This document shows positions 11,090-21,071 of a DNA stretch of 64,000 nt, one piece after another. The notes below the pieces were generated by a model. It did not search any database. It saw nothing but the letters and a program-made list of their open reading frames with translations, and had not been told where the DNA came from. The DNA comes from Paramoeba atlantica (lineage: Eukaryota > Protista > Discosea): positions 310,001-374,000 of the forward strand of contig CDRNVI010000039.1 in the NCBI GenBank assembly GCA_977017575.1. Direction: 5' to 3'. Position 1 is the first letter of the stretch, and the number at the start of each line of letters is the position of its first letter. The translations under genes and the position numbers were made by a program.

Positions 11090-11599
11090 TCATTTACCAA
11101 TCAATGACTTCATGAGATCAGAGATTTCTCTTGAATATTTTGTACTTTCTGTTGCCCGATAAACAAATTCATCATAGTTCGTTCTCATGAGCTCCGCGGC
11201 TTTACTAGACAACCCGAATAGCGGTTCATCTGAAGAAGGCTCAAGAAAAAGAAGGTACAGTCCTCGAGCGATATGATTAAGCGTGAACACGGGCCTCCAG
11301 TCCAGTCGAAGAATGTTCAGACAGACGGAGCCTGTTTCATTGATATTCGGATGAAATAATGTTGGCCCAATGTAATGGCATTTCGGGGGCTCCAGAGGAT
11401 ACCCCGAAGAAAACTCAAGACAGAAAACAAAACGACCACCCTCATACGCTCCTTCCGCAGGACAAACAGTGAGATGCAGAACTCTTCCTTTCGACGGGTC
11501 GTATGCCAAGGTAACTTTATCGACGTCGAATTCGCAGATATCTTTCTGGAGGCGGAGATCGGCCCCCTCCAGTGCGTGACCCGGTAAATTTACATTCAT
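11090..11599 (-). CDS. UBC12: NEDD8-conjugating E2 enzyme Ubc12
   Basis: LRLQKDI; HPNINETGSVCLNILRLDWRP; GLYLLFLEP. Confidence 0.88.
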   Translation of the reverse strand: MNVNLPGHALEGADLRLQKDICEFDVDKVTLAYDPSKGRVLHLTVCPAEGAYEGGRFVFCLEFSSGYPLEPPKCHYIGPTLFHPNINETGSVCLNILRLDWRPVFTLNHIARGLYLLFLEPSSDEPLFGLSSKAAELMRTNYDEFVYRATESTKYSREISDLMKSLIGK

Positions 11600-11748
11600 T
11601 CTAGGACTGTAGTTAGCATATACAGGTGTAGATATACACCGGTGAAGCAGAGGGAGATGTATGTACCGGTGAAGCGGTTATTAAGGATAAAAGTAATTAA
11701 GGCAGATCGAATTCTAAAATTAATTATTGTCTTAATTAAAGTTGCCTC

Positions 11749-11874
11749 AGAGGGGGGTGGGGCAACGCGTCTGTGGTGATTGGCAGAATATTGCAGAATT
11801 CAAAGATGAACGGCAAAAAAAAATTCGGCAGAATATGGCAGAATACGGCAGCATTGGCGGTTGCCTCCCCTCTC
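11749..11874. mobile_element. 126 bp MITE-like derivative of the 19468-21071 element
   Basis: Ends AGAGGGGGG...GCCTCCCCTCTC; 25-mer GGCAGAATATGGCAGAATACGGCAG at 11827-11851 is identical to 21026-21050. Confidence 0.7.
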
Positions 11875-11905
11875 AATTAAAGTGGCGCTTCACCTGTACT
11901 GATAA

Positions 11906-12520
11906 TTAGGGATACTTATTTCGTTTTGATTTTCTTATTTCCGAGGGTGCATGAGGATTTTCTCCAGAATAGAACTCGCGCATAAGAGAGATACTTTGAT
12001 GCTCAATGTCACCACCAACTTTTTGACTGGGATACACAGGACACGTATCACCCCCGCCTAAAGGGAAGAAAGTTGGATCTCGGTGCAATGATAGGACAGT
12101 ACCATTTCCACCAAAACGATCATTATTACACCCGTAATATACGCATGCAATATTGGAAAGACGAAGAGCCGCTGCGCACATGATGCAAGGCTCAACAGTC
12201 ACGTACAACACACAGTTTGATAGATCCTTTAGGGGAAGCAAAGTGGAATCCCTTGGACACGACGAATGTGTCTTCGGCCTTTCGTTTTCATTCGTGAGTA
12301 AACTACTTTCTGTCGCACGATCTTCCAGTACCAATTTCATTGCTACTATTTCCGCATGTTCTAAGGCGTTTCGAGTTGCATTCGTTTCGTTGTGAGTTGC
12401 AGCAATCACCGTCCTATTATGTAAAACCAAGACGCAGCCCACAGCCATTTCTCCATGCTGTAGAGCATTCTGTGCCTGTCGCATTGCTAAATTCATGAAT
12501 TCCTGTCTATATGGATGCAT
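11906..12520 (-). CDS. ADAT2: tRNA adenosine-34 deaminase catalytic subunit
   Basis: HAE and LYVTVEPCIMCAAAL deaminase motifs; YYGCNNDRFGG. Confidence 0.92.
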   Translation of the reverse strand: MHPYRQEFMNLAMRQAQNALQHGEMAVGCVLVLHNRTVIAATHNETNATRNALEHAEIVAMKLVLEDRATESSLLTNENERPKTHSSCPRDSTLLPLKDLSNCVLYVTVEPCIMCAAALRLSNIACVYYGCNNDRFGGNGTVLSLHRDPTFFPLGGGDTCPVYPSQKVGGDIEHQSISLMREFYSGENPHAPSEIRKSKRNKYP

Positions 12521-12695
12521 AAAGGAACTGTTTTACATGTTTGAATTTAAAAGCTATAAAACATCGGAATGGAATTGCTGAGCAAAGATAATTATACAAT
12601 AAATTATACATAAAAATTTGTACCATATTTGATACCCCTGAAGTAGGTACATCAATGTCATAACCAAGCAAATGCTGCTGACAATAAAAAAGGAG

Positions 12696-14840
12696 TCATG
12701 CGACGAAAAATTTGTCTCGAACGCATATGGGAGTTTGTTTCTCATCGATAGTCCTTAAATAATCTACCATTTCTTCTTTGGAGTCAAATTCAAAACACGT
12801 TTTGAGAGGAATATGTAAATGTGCCAAAGCTTTTTTGAAATCAGCGAACCCCAAACGTCGCCATCCGGCCATACCCCCACCAATCGGAATCCAATACCTC
12901 GAATCATTGTTGGCAGATCCAGTGTCATAGTAAGGCTGATCCATTTCTCCTCCTGGATCGCCGCTTCCCAAGGCCTGCGATTCGCGTTGGACTTCCTCTA
13001 TGGAAAGACAAAAACTTAGACGTCTCGCCTCGGATTCCCACTGATATAATTGTTCTCGTACAGAATCAGGAATAGGAGAAGGAAGAGCGTGTTCTGATTC
13101 TCTCCAGTTCACACCACCTCTTCCATATTTCCCTTTATGCATCATGATAACATGGCTAGCGCCTTCCCTTCCCAATGCGGAACAAAGTGCCTCAAGGTGT
13201 TTGTTCCTCTCAATAAAATCAACGATTTGAGTTGCTGTAATGCCGTTGCGATAAGCTTGCATAACACTTTCGTATGTAATCTGTGCGATGACAAGTACTG
13301 TTATCCATGTCACCCTATCTGAGCTTTCACTTACATCACGAGTTGCGCTGGACCCCAAATTATCACCACGTCGGATGCTGGTCACAATGTTTGCAAACTG
13401 TGATATGAGACACTTGTGCAAGAGAATGGAAGATGGCTCTTTGGTCGCATCGTCACCGGAAACTGCGTGACAGTAGGCGTAAACGCGAAAATTCGTTTCT
13501 ACAATGACTTCAAGAGCATGCTGACAAGGTTGCGAATGTGGTGACTCAAATCTTGTGTTCAATGCAAACCTCTTTAGATTTCTCATGCAACGAAATAGGC
13601 TGTCGTTGGTTGAGTTTGACGCACTGAAGAGATTTTGAACGTTGAAGTGCGAGTACGCACCGGAGAATTTCGACCGCAACCCTTCCTGACAAATTGAGGG
13701 ATGTACAGCGTAGTAAGATGTCATATGCACTTGATCTTGCTTTCGATTTTTATCTTGCGCCATCCCTTTGAAGATGAGACCCACAGTCGCTAGCATGTCC
13801 AATAGTTTACCTTCTGGTCCGGAAGGCCAAGTTGCTATCATGGACTCGAGCAATGATAGTACGGCATTTCTCCCCACACCAGTAAGTTTCGGAGTAAGAA
13901 ACGCGACTAGATTATTGAAGCTCTTAGGATACATGTATAAGATTCCAGTGCGATGCTCCAGCAACAGAAGTGAAAACTTAAGTAAACGATCTTCGATAAG
14001 ATTTCCTATGAGTTCTTCTGGAGAGGATATTGGAAGAGGTCTCGTGGAGAGTTCGTTATTTGAAAGGGAATGTAAAAAGAGAGAGATTGTTGCTCGATCC
14101 GATTTTCTTTCTTTCACAAGAAGATGTGGAGGTAGCAAAAACGACCACATTTCCTGCAACACGTAACATACACACCCGCGAAAAAGAAGAAAAGTTTGCT
14201 GTATCGAAGAGGAAAGACAAAATTGCAGACCATCCGAGGTGACGCGCCAAACATTTGCATGATTGTCGGAATCTCTAGTTTCATCCGATATGAGGCCTAT
14301 TCGCTGAAGGACATTAAGAACAGATTGATTGGGAGTGTCGGTATCACTAGGAACATTTTTATCAGCTCTTTCAGGGATACGTGTTCCTGGTTGAGACTTT
14401 CTCTGTTTCATCGGTTGTTTAGCTTCCATTTTTCTGTCCCGAAGATCCATCTTTACGGTATTAGAAGACCCCGTGTTACACACTTGTAGCATCCATTGTA
14501 AAATGGCATTAGTTTTTGCTGCACCTTGTTGATACACCTTTTCAAACGATAACTTAACTTTTTTTGGACATTCCATAATAGTTCTCGTAGGAAGGAATGA
14601 TCCCTTGGGGAAGCAAATAGCTTTCAATATACATTGTTGAATGCTGCAATGCTCCCCCGAATCTATTAGCGGACGTGTAGAATCTAAAGCATCGTGCAGA
14701 TACTGCGATCGATTCGGTACCCTGTTCCAAAACACGCGTGCAAGAGCGGCACTCAGATATGTATCGGACAATATTCGTGTGTTGCTAACATCGATGTCTT
14801 CGAATTCAACATTTTTCAGGACATCCATTTGCGCTTGCAT
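12696..14840 (-). CDS. TFB2: TFIIH core subunit Tfb2/p52
   Basis: IVETNFRVYAY; AQITYESVMQAYRNGITATQIVDF; PDSVREQLYQWESE. Confidence 0.85.
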   Translation of the reverse strand: MQAQMDVLKNVEFEDIDVSNTRILSDTYLSAALARVFWNRVPNRSQYLHDALDSTRPLIDSGEHCSIQQCILKAICFPKGSFLPTRTIMECPKKVKLSFEKVYQQGAAKTNAILQWMLQVCNTGSSNTVKMDLRDRKMEAKQPMKQRKSQPGTRIPERADKNVPSDTDTPNQSVLNVLQRIGLISDETRDSDNHANVWRVTSDGLQFCLSSSIQQTFLLFRGCVCYVLQEMWSFLLPPHLLVKERKSDRATISLFLHSLSNNELSTRPLPISSPEELIGNLIEDRLLKFSLLLLEHRTGILYMYPKSFNNLVAFLTPKLTGVGRNAVLSLLESMIATWPSGPEGKLLDMLATVGLIFKGMAQDKNRKQDQVHMTSYYAVHPSICQEGLRSKFSGAYSHFNVQNLFSASNSTNDSLFRCMRNLKRFALNTRFESPHSQPCQHALEVIVETNFRVYAYCHAVSGDDATKEPSSILLHKCLISQFANIVTSIRRGDNLGSSATRDVSESSDRVTWITVLVIAQITYESVMQAYRNGITATQIVDFIERNKHLEALCSALGREGASHVIMMHKGKYGRGGVNWRESEHALPSPIPDSVREQLYQWESEARRLSFCLSIEEVQRESQALGSGDPGGEMDQPYYDTGSANNDSRYWIPIGGGMAGWRRLGFADFKKALAHLHIPLKTCFEFDSKEEMVDYLRTIDEKQTPICVRDKFFVA

Positions 14841-15330
14841 TATGATTCGAGTACTCCTTTTTTATTCGAGTCCAGTCTTAAAATTCATAAGTTTACATGC
14901 ATGCCTACAGGTAACGAATACACTACTTCAATGCATAGAAAAATAGCATTTAAATGGTGTTTAAAAAAAGTAACATTTTCAAATACAGTGCTTTAAGCAT
15001 AATGCTTCAACAATATGCAGAAGCGTACTGTACGTAGGAGCCACATGCTCCAATTTTCGGTGCTTTTTTGGCTCGTCAGGGGAAAAAAGAATTTACCCAC
15101 CTAATAAAGTCACAAAGCGAAAACGTGCATTTTAAACGGTGAGGCATAATGGACCTACCCCGTTGTACTACGTACAACTACTACGTACTACTACATGTAG
15201 TACGGTACTCATTTAAACAATTACTGTAATTGAATTGCACTTCTGCACTATTATTATGTTTCCTATAGAAGTGAAAAATGGAAGAAAAATTCTTGTTTGC
15301 CAGAACTTTCGGTCAAAGTCAAGCATTATT

Positions 15331-15603
15331 TCACACTTTTAGAAATAATAAAGTATCTCCGAAGGAAGTTAGGAGTGTCTGCATGTGGCATGTACGACTC
15401 CGACACAAACGATCGGTGCAGACCCAGTGATCTCCTTTCAGGACGCAAATGAAAGTTTCATGCCTCTTGCTACAGGTGACGCTCTGGAAAACAAATTTGT
15501 GGCCTTTCAACCACTCGATAATATCATTTTCGGGGGCGCGGGCGAGCACACTATAGCTAATACTATCTGTACACTCGAAATCGGAGCAAAACGAGCAATC
15601 CAT
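15331..15603 (-). pseudogene. Merlin transposase N-terminal Cys-rich fragment (90 aa)
   Basis: MDCSFCSDFEC...WLKGHKFVFQSVTCSKRHETFICVLKG aligns with MNCTGCPRFDC...WMRNHKLTVQSVSCERGHERVLCNLKG at 54039. Confidence 0.75.
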
Positions 15604-15761
15604 CGAGAGTAGTGCAGATATATGCGAAAAATACCCTAAAAAAGACTTTGCAAGTAAAATATGATAAAATGAGAATATTATGCTTTTTTCGTGAAATAAT
15701 GCTTGACTTTCACCGAACTTTCTTGTGGAGCGTTGTTTTTCTGCGATAGTTGAAGATAAAG

Positions 15762-16520
15762 TCATTCCTTCGTTTCTATTGTACTCTCAAAAGTCAGATA
15801 TGCTACAGGGGCATATGCGTCATTTACCACATTTAGTATGTGAGACTTTTGAACAGCGAGACAAGAAGATGAAAATAGTGGACAATCCAATGTGAACGTT
15901 TCATACTCTCCACCTTCGCCTGCGCCATGCATGTGTGGAATTTTAAGAAGCTCATCTGTAAGAGATTCGTCAATAATACGACCCAAAAATTTGTGTGCAG
16001 GATGAAGTCCGCCACATGCAACCTTAATTATTATGACCTTTAGTTTATAGTGTAGAACGTTTTTCAAGATATCCATGGCGCTCATTTTCCACAAGTACGA
16101 TAGTGACACAAGCCCTAGTCTCATACACACATTTTCTACACGCGTTTTTTGATATACACTCTCGATTGCCCCGGTACTGACAGCCTGTACTTCGGGATGC
16201 GCGGATTTGACTGTTGATAGCAAAGTATATAAATCTTCAACTTCGTCTCCTTTCGTTTCTTGATATTCTAGATCTTGATTCACGGAGGAATTTCTGCGCA
16301 ATTTTTGGGTATATAACGGCAGAGACGCACATTTCGCAAAAGCTGGAATGTGTTTTTGTCCCACACTTTGAAAACAGTAGCTGTCGAGCTCTTCGTCGGC
16401 ATCAGAGCCGTTCTCGGGCATCATGTTAGCGAGACAAATTACCTCGTGGCCATGATCTTTACATTTCAGCAAATTTAGAGTGCTATCCTTACCTCCTGAT
16501 ACAAGCCCGACTACTCGCAT
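15762..16520 (-). CDS. DPH6: diphthine--ammonia ligase
   Basis: MRVVGLVSGGKDS; YCFQSVG; EGDEVEDL; GEGGEYETFTLDCPLF. Start set at ATG 16520. Confidence 0.95.
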   Translation of the reverse strand: MRVVGLVSGGKDSTLNLLKCKDHGHEVICLANMMPENGSDADEELDSYCFQSVGQKHIPAFAKCASLPLYTQKLRRNSSVNQDLEYQETKGDEVEDLYTLLSTVKSAHPEVQAVSTGAIESVYQKTRVENVCMRLGLVSLSYLWKMSAMDILKNVLHYKLKVIIIKVACGGLHPAHKFLGRIIDESLTDELLKIPHMHGAGEGGEYETFTLDCPLFSSSCLAVQKSHILNVVNDAYAPVAYLTFESTIETKE

Positions 16521-16681
16521 AAAGGAGTAAGCAATAAGTAAATGAAACAATGTTAATTTGTGTTAAACAATTTTAGAATTTGCTTCGTTTGCAATTGAGT
16601 TCCAGGGTTTGAACTAACTCCTATTCTCTAAGTACTGATACATTTACTAATTTTCGGTTTTATTTAATGGTGTCAAGTACC

Positions 16682-16772
16682 TAGGAATATTGTAGAGTAT
16701 TACGGCCAAAGTAAAGGAATATTGCATAAGTCAAGGAATAATGTGTAAGTAAAGGAATATTGCATAAGTCAA
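16682..16772. repeat. four AGGAATA(T/A)TG-containing repeats
   Basis: AAAGGAATATTGCATAAGTCAA-like unit recurs; same AGGAATATT core as the Merlin termini. Confidence 0.7.
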
Positions 16773-16836
16773 AAACCATTGAAAATAAGTCCTTGCACTT
16801 CTGTCCTGCTCCCGGTGAGGCCTCGGAGTTGTGAGA

Positions 16837-16947
16837 GGCCTCCATATCCCACAAGTACCACCTTCCCCCCTATTTAGCGCGGGTCGCGCGAGCGACCCTT
16901 GATAAATGGGGAGAAGGTGGTAGTTGTTTTGGGGAATATGAGAGGCC
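16837..16947. repeat. imperfect ~110 bp hairpin (MITE-like)
   Basis: GGCCTCCATATCCC..TACCACCTTC pairs with GAAGGTGGTA..GGGAATATGAGAGGCC. Confidence 0.65.
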
Positions 16948-17002
16948 GAACACACGGAGGGGACAGCCGGGCCCATGAGCCAGGGAAGCCCTAGGACTAG
17001 CC

Positions 17003-17641
17003 ACTCGCACACTGATAATGCATAAAACTCACACACTGATAATGCATAGAACTCGCACACTGATAATGTATATAGGCACACTGATAATGCATGTTAGCAC
17101 ACTGATAATGCATATAGACACACTGATAATGCATAAAACTCGCACACTGATAGTGCATAATTTTTGCAATCCCTTCGAAAATGGATTGAGCCCTTGGAAA
17201 AAATTGAAGAAAGGCCCTTTACAAAAATTTGTAGTAAAACCATTTGCATGCCAAGACCTTGTTTACGCGTCTGCAAGACAAAAACGTCTGACGTTAGTCG
17301 GAAGCAGTTTGCGAAGCCCAAAAAATTTCACCATAGCCAACCCGTAATAAAGCCAAGACCTTGTTTACCCGTCTTGAACACAAAGACGTCTGACGTTAGT
17401 AGGAAGCTATTTGCGAAGCCCAACAAAATTTGGGAAACCTAAAAAACAGTCTTTGTGTGAATATAGTCGTCATGCATTATCAGTATGCATTATGCATTAT
17501 CAGTGTGCATTATGTATTATCAGCGTGCGAGCTACTATGCATTATCAGTGTGCGAGTTTTATGCATTATCAGTGTGCCTATATGCATTATCAGTGTGCGA
17601 ATTTTATGCATTATCAGTGTGCATTATGCATTATCAGTGTT
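17003..17641. repeat. foldback element FB1: inverted tandem arrays around a core
   Basis: 7 copies of (G)CACACTGATAATGCATA at 17003-17159; 8 reverse-complement copies at 17471-17641; ~80 bp direct repeat in the core. Confidence 0.9.
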
Positions 17642-17727
17642 TTCATGTAATACACGGGACTCATACCTTTATTGTTGTTGAACATGTGCAAGACCATCAA
17701 AAAAAGTAAAAGATTAAAAACCACGAA

Positions 17728-18546
17728 TCAATGTATCCTCCAATGCGACCCATTTTCAAGCCTAAACTGATGAGATTCCTCTATTTGCCATGGATTATCT
17801 GTCACACTGACAAGTACTAGACTTGATGATAAACTTTCAAGGTTTACAACTCCGCTGAACTTGTTACCGTTAAGGAAAAGTGACCTCAGACCATCGCTTA
17901 ATTTGGTAAGATCAAGTTCTCCGCTCAATGAATTATCGTGAAGAGCGAGCTCTTGAAGACTGCATGGCAAATTTTGCAGATCAATGGACCCAGAAAAATT
18001 ATTTTTAGATAGTCGGATATTCGTAATGCCTTTTGGAAGCTGGGTAAAGTCCAGTGGACCATAAAAGCGATTATCTTTTAAGCTCAGAATTAAAATATGA
18101 TGAGGTAGTTCGGTAAGTGAGAAATTGCTAAAGAAGCGATTGTCAAAGATATGAAAGTGCGAAACAAATTCAGGAATATCAGATCCGGTGACAGGTCCTT
18201 CTAATTTGTTGTCAAAAAGATTTACATATTGTAATGTGGATGGCAATTGTTTCCAATCCGGAATGCCACCCAGCTTCATGGAGTCCCAGTTTATATGAGT
18301 AAGATGTCCATCTTGACTGCATTCAACCTCTTCCCACGAACATCCAGCAGTGCCCTCAGACCAAGATTTACGCAGATTCGTAAGATTTGCAACAAAACGC
18401 GTCAATTTATATTCAATAGGAAGAACAGAGGACCCCACCTTTCCCAATTTACGCCTTTTGAAAGGAACGTTCGCTTCTTCGAGAGCTTCCATAGACGTTC
18501 TGGTAAGGGGGAGCATAGTTGTCCACATTAATGAGAGAAAGTGCAT
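17728..18546 (-). CDS. leucine-rich repeat protein (family copy 1)
   Basis: SW..GCSWEEVEC cap followed by LxxLPxxLxxLxLxxNxFSG repeats. Confidence 0.9.
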   Translation of the reverse strand: MHFLSLMWTTMLPLTRTSMEALEEANVPFKRRKLGKVGSSVLPIEYKLTRFVANLTNLRKSWSEGTAGCSWEEVECSQDGHLTHINWDSMKLGGIPDWKQLPSTLQYVNLFDNKLEGPVTGSDIPEFVSHFHIFDNRFFSNFSLTELPHHILILSLKDNRFYGPLDFTQLPKGITNIRLSKNNFSGSIDLQNLPCSLQELALHDNSLSGELDLTKLSDGLRSLFLNGNKFSGVVNLESLSSSLVLVSVTDNPWQIEESHQFRLENGSHWRIH

Positions 18547-18785
18547 TACTTAATATTAAGACTTACACTTCAGGTTTGTACTGTATGTTTATTTGTCACA
18601 CTATTGATCTTATTGTTCGAAAAATATGGGGGACTACTTTTGTTGTGGGTAGCTATTCAATAACTGCCCACAATAGAAATTGGGAAAGAAGTCCCACATA
18701 TTTACCCGAATAATATTCGGGTAGTTTTCCCTGCACAAAATAGGAATACTACTGTACAAGAATTGTACATTAATTTACTTACTTA

Positions 18786-19112
18786 ATTTGGACCGATGAC
18801 ACCCGTCATAATCTAAAACTTCGGTCCAAGTACGAGTGGCGAAATGTAAATCATCGTCAGCAATGGGTCACCCCGGAGGGGGTAGATACAAACACTGTCG
18901 AATGTGCTAATTCTATGGTCAAGAAACGTTTGAAGTGTGAAGGAAATGTTTTGGGGAGCAAGCCAGGATCAGATATTTTGGGAGACAAAAGATCAGACCG
19001 AGTTCAATCAATTACTGAAAAGTGTAACGGAAGTTTGAAGAGGAACGGCGGTGATGTCATGCTCATTAGCAGCTGCGGAAGCTGTGGACGAGATGAAAGA
19101 TGCGCTATGTGA
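18786..19112 (+). pseudogene. Merlin/ISXO2 transposase C-terminal fragment
   Basis: IWTDDTRHN..KYEWRNVNHRQQWVTPEGVDTNTVECANSMVKK..EKCNGSL matches 53081-53461. Confidence 0.85.
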
Positions 19113-19321
19113 AATGTTCAAGAAGGTATGAAACAGGTTTAATCATGCCCCTCGTACACAATGAATAAAGTACAGAAACAAGAGAAAGACTTACAATATC
19201 GTGAAGATACATTGCGAAACTGTGCAGTACACTACTGCCACTCTTTAACTAAAGATTATCTTTGTTCAAAGCATACCCATTAAAATAAACAAGCCATGCA
19301 CGCGAACGATATAAGCGATAC

Positions 19322-19430
19322 TTTTTTAGGCTCTTCGTTAAACGCGGTGGTTGTTTTCAACTTAGAAGTCACTCATGCTGCGTGCTTCGCGTTGAAAACT
19401 ACCACCGCGTTTAACGAAGAGTCTAAAAAA
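19322..19430. mobile_element. 109 bp MITE-like palindrome, copy 1
   Basis: 40 bp inverted arms TTTTTTAGGCTCTTCGTTAAACGCGGTGG..TTTTCAAC; second copy at 28919-29027. Confidence 0.85.
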
Positions 19431-19467
19431 GAAAAATTGGCCAGGGACGCTGAAGACGTGTAAACGT

Positions 19468-21071
19468 AGAGGGGGGGCGGCCGGTCGGTGGTGATAGGCA
19501 GAACACGGCAGAATACGGTATAATATAATAAAATCAGGTATATCGGAAAAAATTCCGCGCCGCTCCGCGGCGCCTTGGTTTATTGCTTTCGCTAATGTTA
19601 TTAAAACAGAAATCGGGGATTCAACACTGTAGTCAAAGTTCAATAATAATTTTAACACTTCCAAAAAGTCAAGATTTACTTTCACACTGACCTTACTAGC
19701 TTAGTTCTCGGGGAAATTATCAAACTTAATCTTTCTGACTTTTGTCTTCCTGCACGCTGCGCGGTGGTGCCTGAGGACCTATGGGTCGTCCCCTTTTCTT
19801 CGGGAACATTCCATTAATGACGATAGGGGGCTGTATCGGCACTTTTACATTGATGGGTGGAGGGGGGCGGACAATTTGGAGAGGATCTTGGATGACATCT
19901 GCCAAGTGGGAAGAAGGGGAAGGAACACTCACAGGAATAATAGACAATGTTTCGCTTTCTTGTGGAGTGTTCATCTGTAAACGGCGACTCACTCGGATGT
20001 TCTGGCCTGCGAGGTAGGCCCAAACACGACCAGCGAATGCCTTGCATTCAGCTTCAGGATCAGACGAATTGAATTCGTCATGTGAGGCAACAACAGAACG
20101 AAGTTCCAGGCCGGCTTCGCTAATAAAGCCGTCTCGTACGTGCTCCGCACCCAGCCACCCACCACGATATGTGATGAGATTAGGTGTCAATTGTGCGACC
20201 CCTGTGGCAAGAAGCGGAACACAACATACCAACACATCGTCGTAGAACGCAACCGCGCTCAGACAACGATTTACACGCGTAAGACGCGATCAATTGCGTC
20301 CGGGTCACCTTGAAGAAGAGTGATGTTTCCGCGAACAAAGCGATACTGTTTCAATGGCTTTTGTATCGCTGCCTTCCATTGCATGATGTACTTTTCTAAA
20401 AGATCAAGCTCGGTCTGAATTTCCTCTGATTCGGTTTGTACAGAGACGTCAGGCATATTCGTACGAAAGAAAGTGAAAAGAAGGAATGGATTCTTGGAAC
20501 ATAGAGGAATAAGGCTCGTTGAAGAACCACTGGCTTTCTGCAATACATAAATTATGTGGAAATAAATATGGACTGGTTATTCATTATTATTTAATCATAG
20601 GCATACTATCGATCCCGTCCTGGCGACTTCGCTCGTTTTTTCGACTTTTTGGCAGAGGGGATAGGAAATTCCCTTAGCGCTTCCCGATACTACGTTCTAA
20701 TTAGCTCGCGGCTTTCCCTTTCCGTTCGAGAAGGAGCCTCAAAGTCACAAAAACATTGCTCAACAGGGGGTCGCGCAAAAGCTAATTTTCCGTCTTCATT
20801 AGCCCCAAATTGGACAGTTGATGGATCAACCAATATTTTTTTCTCCAGCGCGTAGGTTAAGCACTCCGCATTCCACATAAGCCGGAAAAGTTTTGATGTA
20901 GTTACGTGGCTTTTCTGGCAAAAATGCATAAACTTATGACGGTCAATATATGCATTGAATCTCTCTATTGTCACAACATAACCACCACGCGGTGCAGTGT
21001 TTTTGACGTGGAATCCCCCCTGATAGGCAGAATATGGCAGAATACGGCAGATTGAGCGACCGCCTCCCCTC
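19468..21071. mobile_element. 1.6 kb element with imperfect TIRs and GGCAGAATA subterminal repeats
   Basis: GAGGGGGGGCGGCCGGTC vs reverse complement GAGGGGAGGCGGTCGCTC (15/18); both ends are shared with 11749-11874. Confidence 0.65.
19726..20456 (-). pseudogene. frameshifted ORF (~242 aa if repaired) with C-terminal AT-hook-like KKRGRP
   Basis: Two ORFs join after removing 2 nt near 20275 (CGC GT GTA AAT), giving ..RVLRVNRCLSAVAFYDDVLVCC.. Confidence 0.55.
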
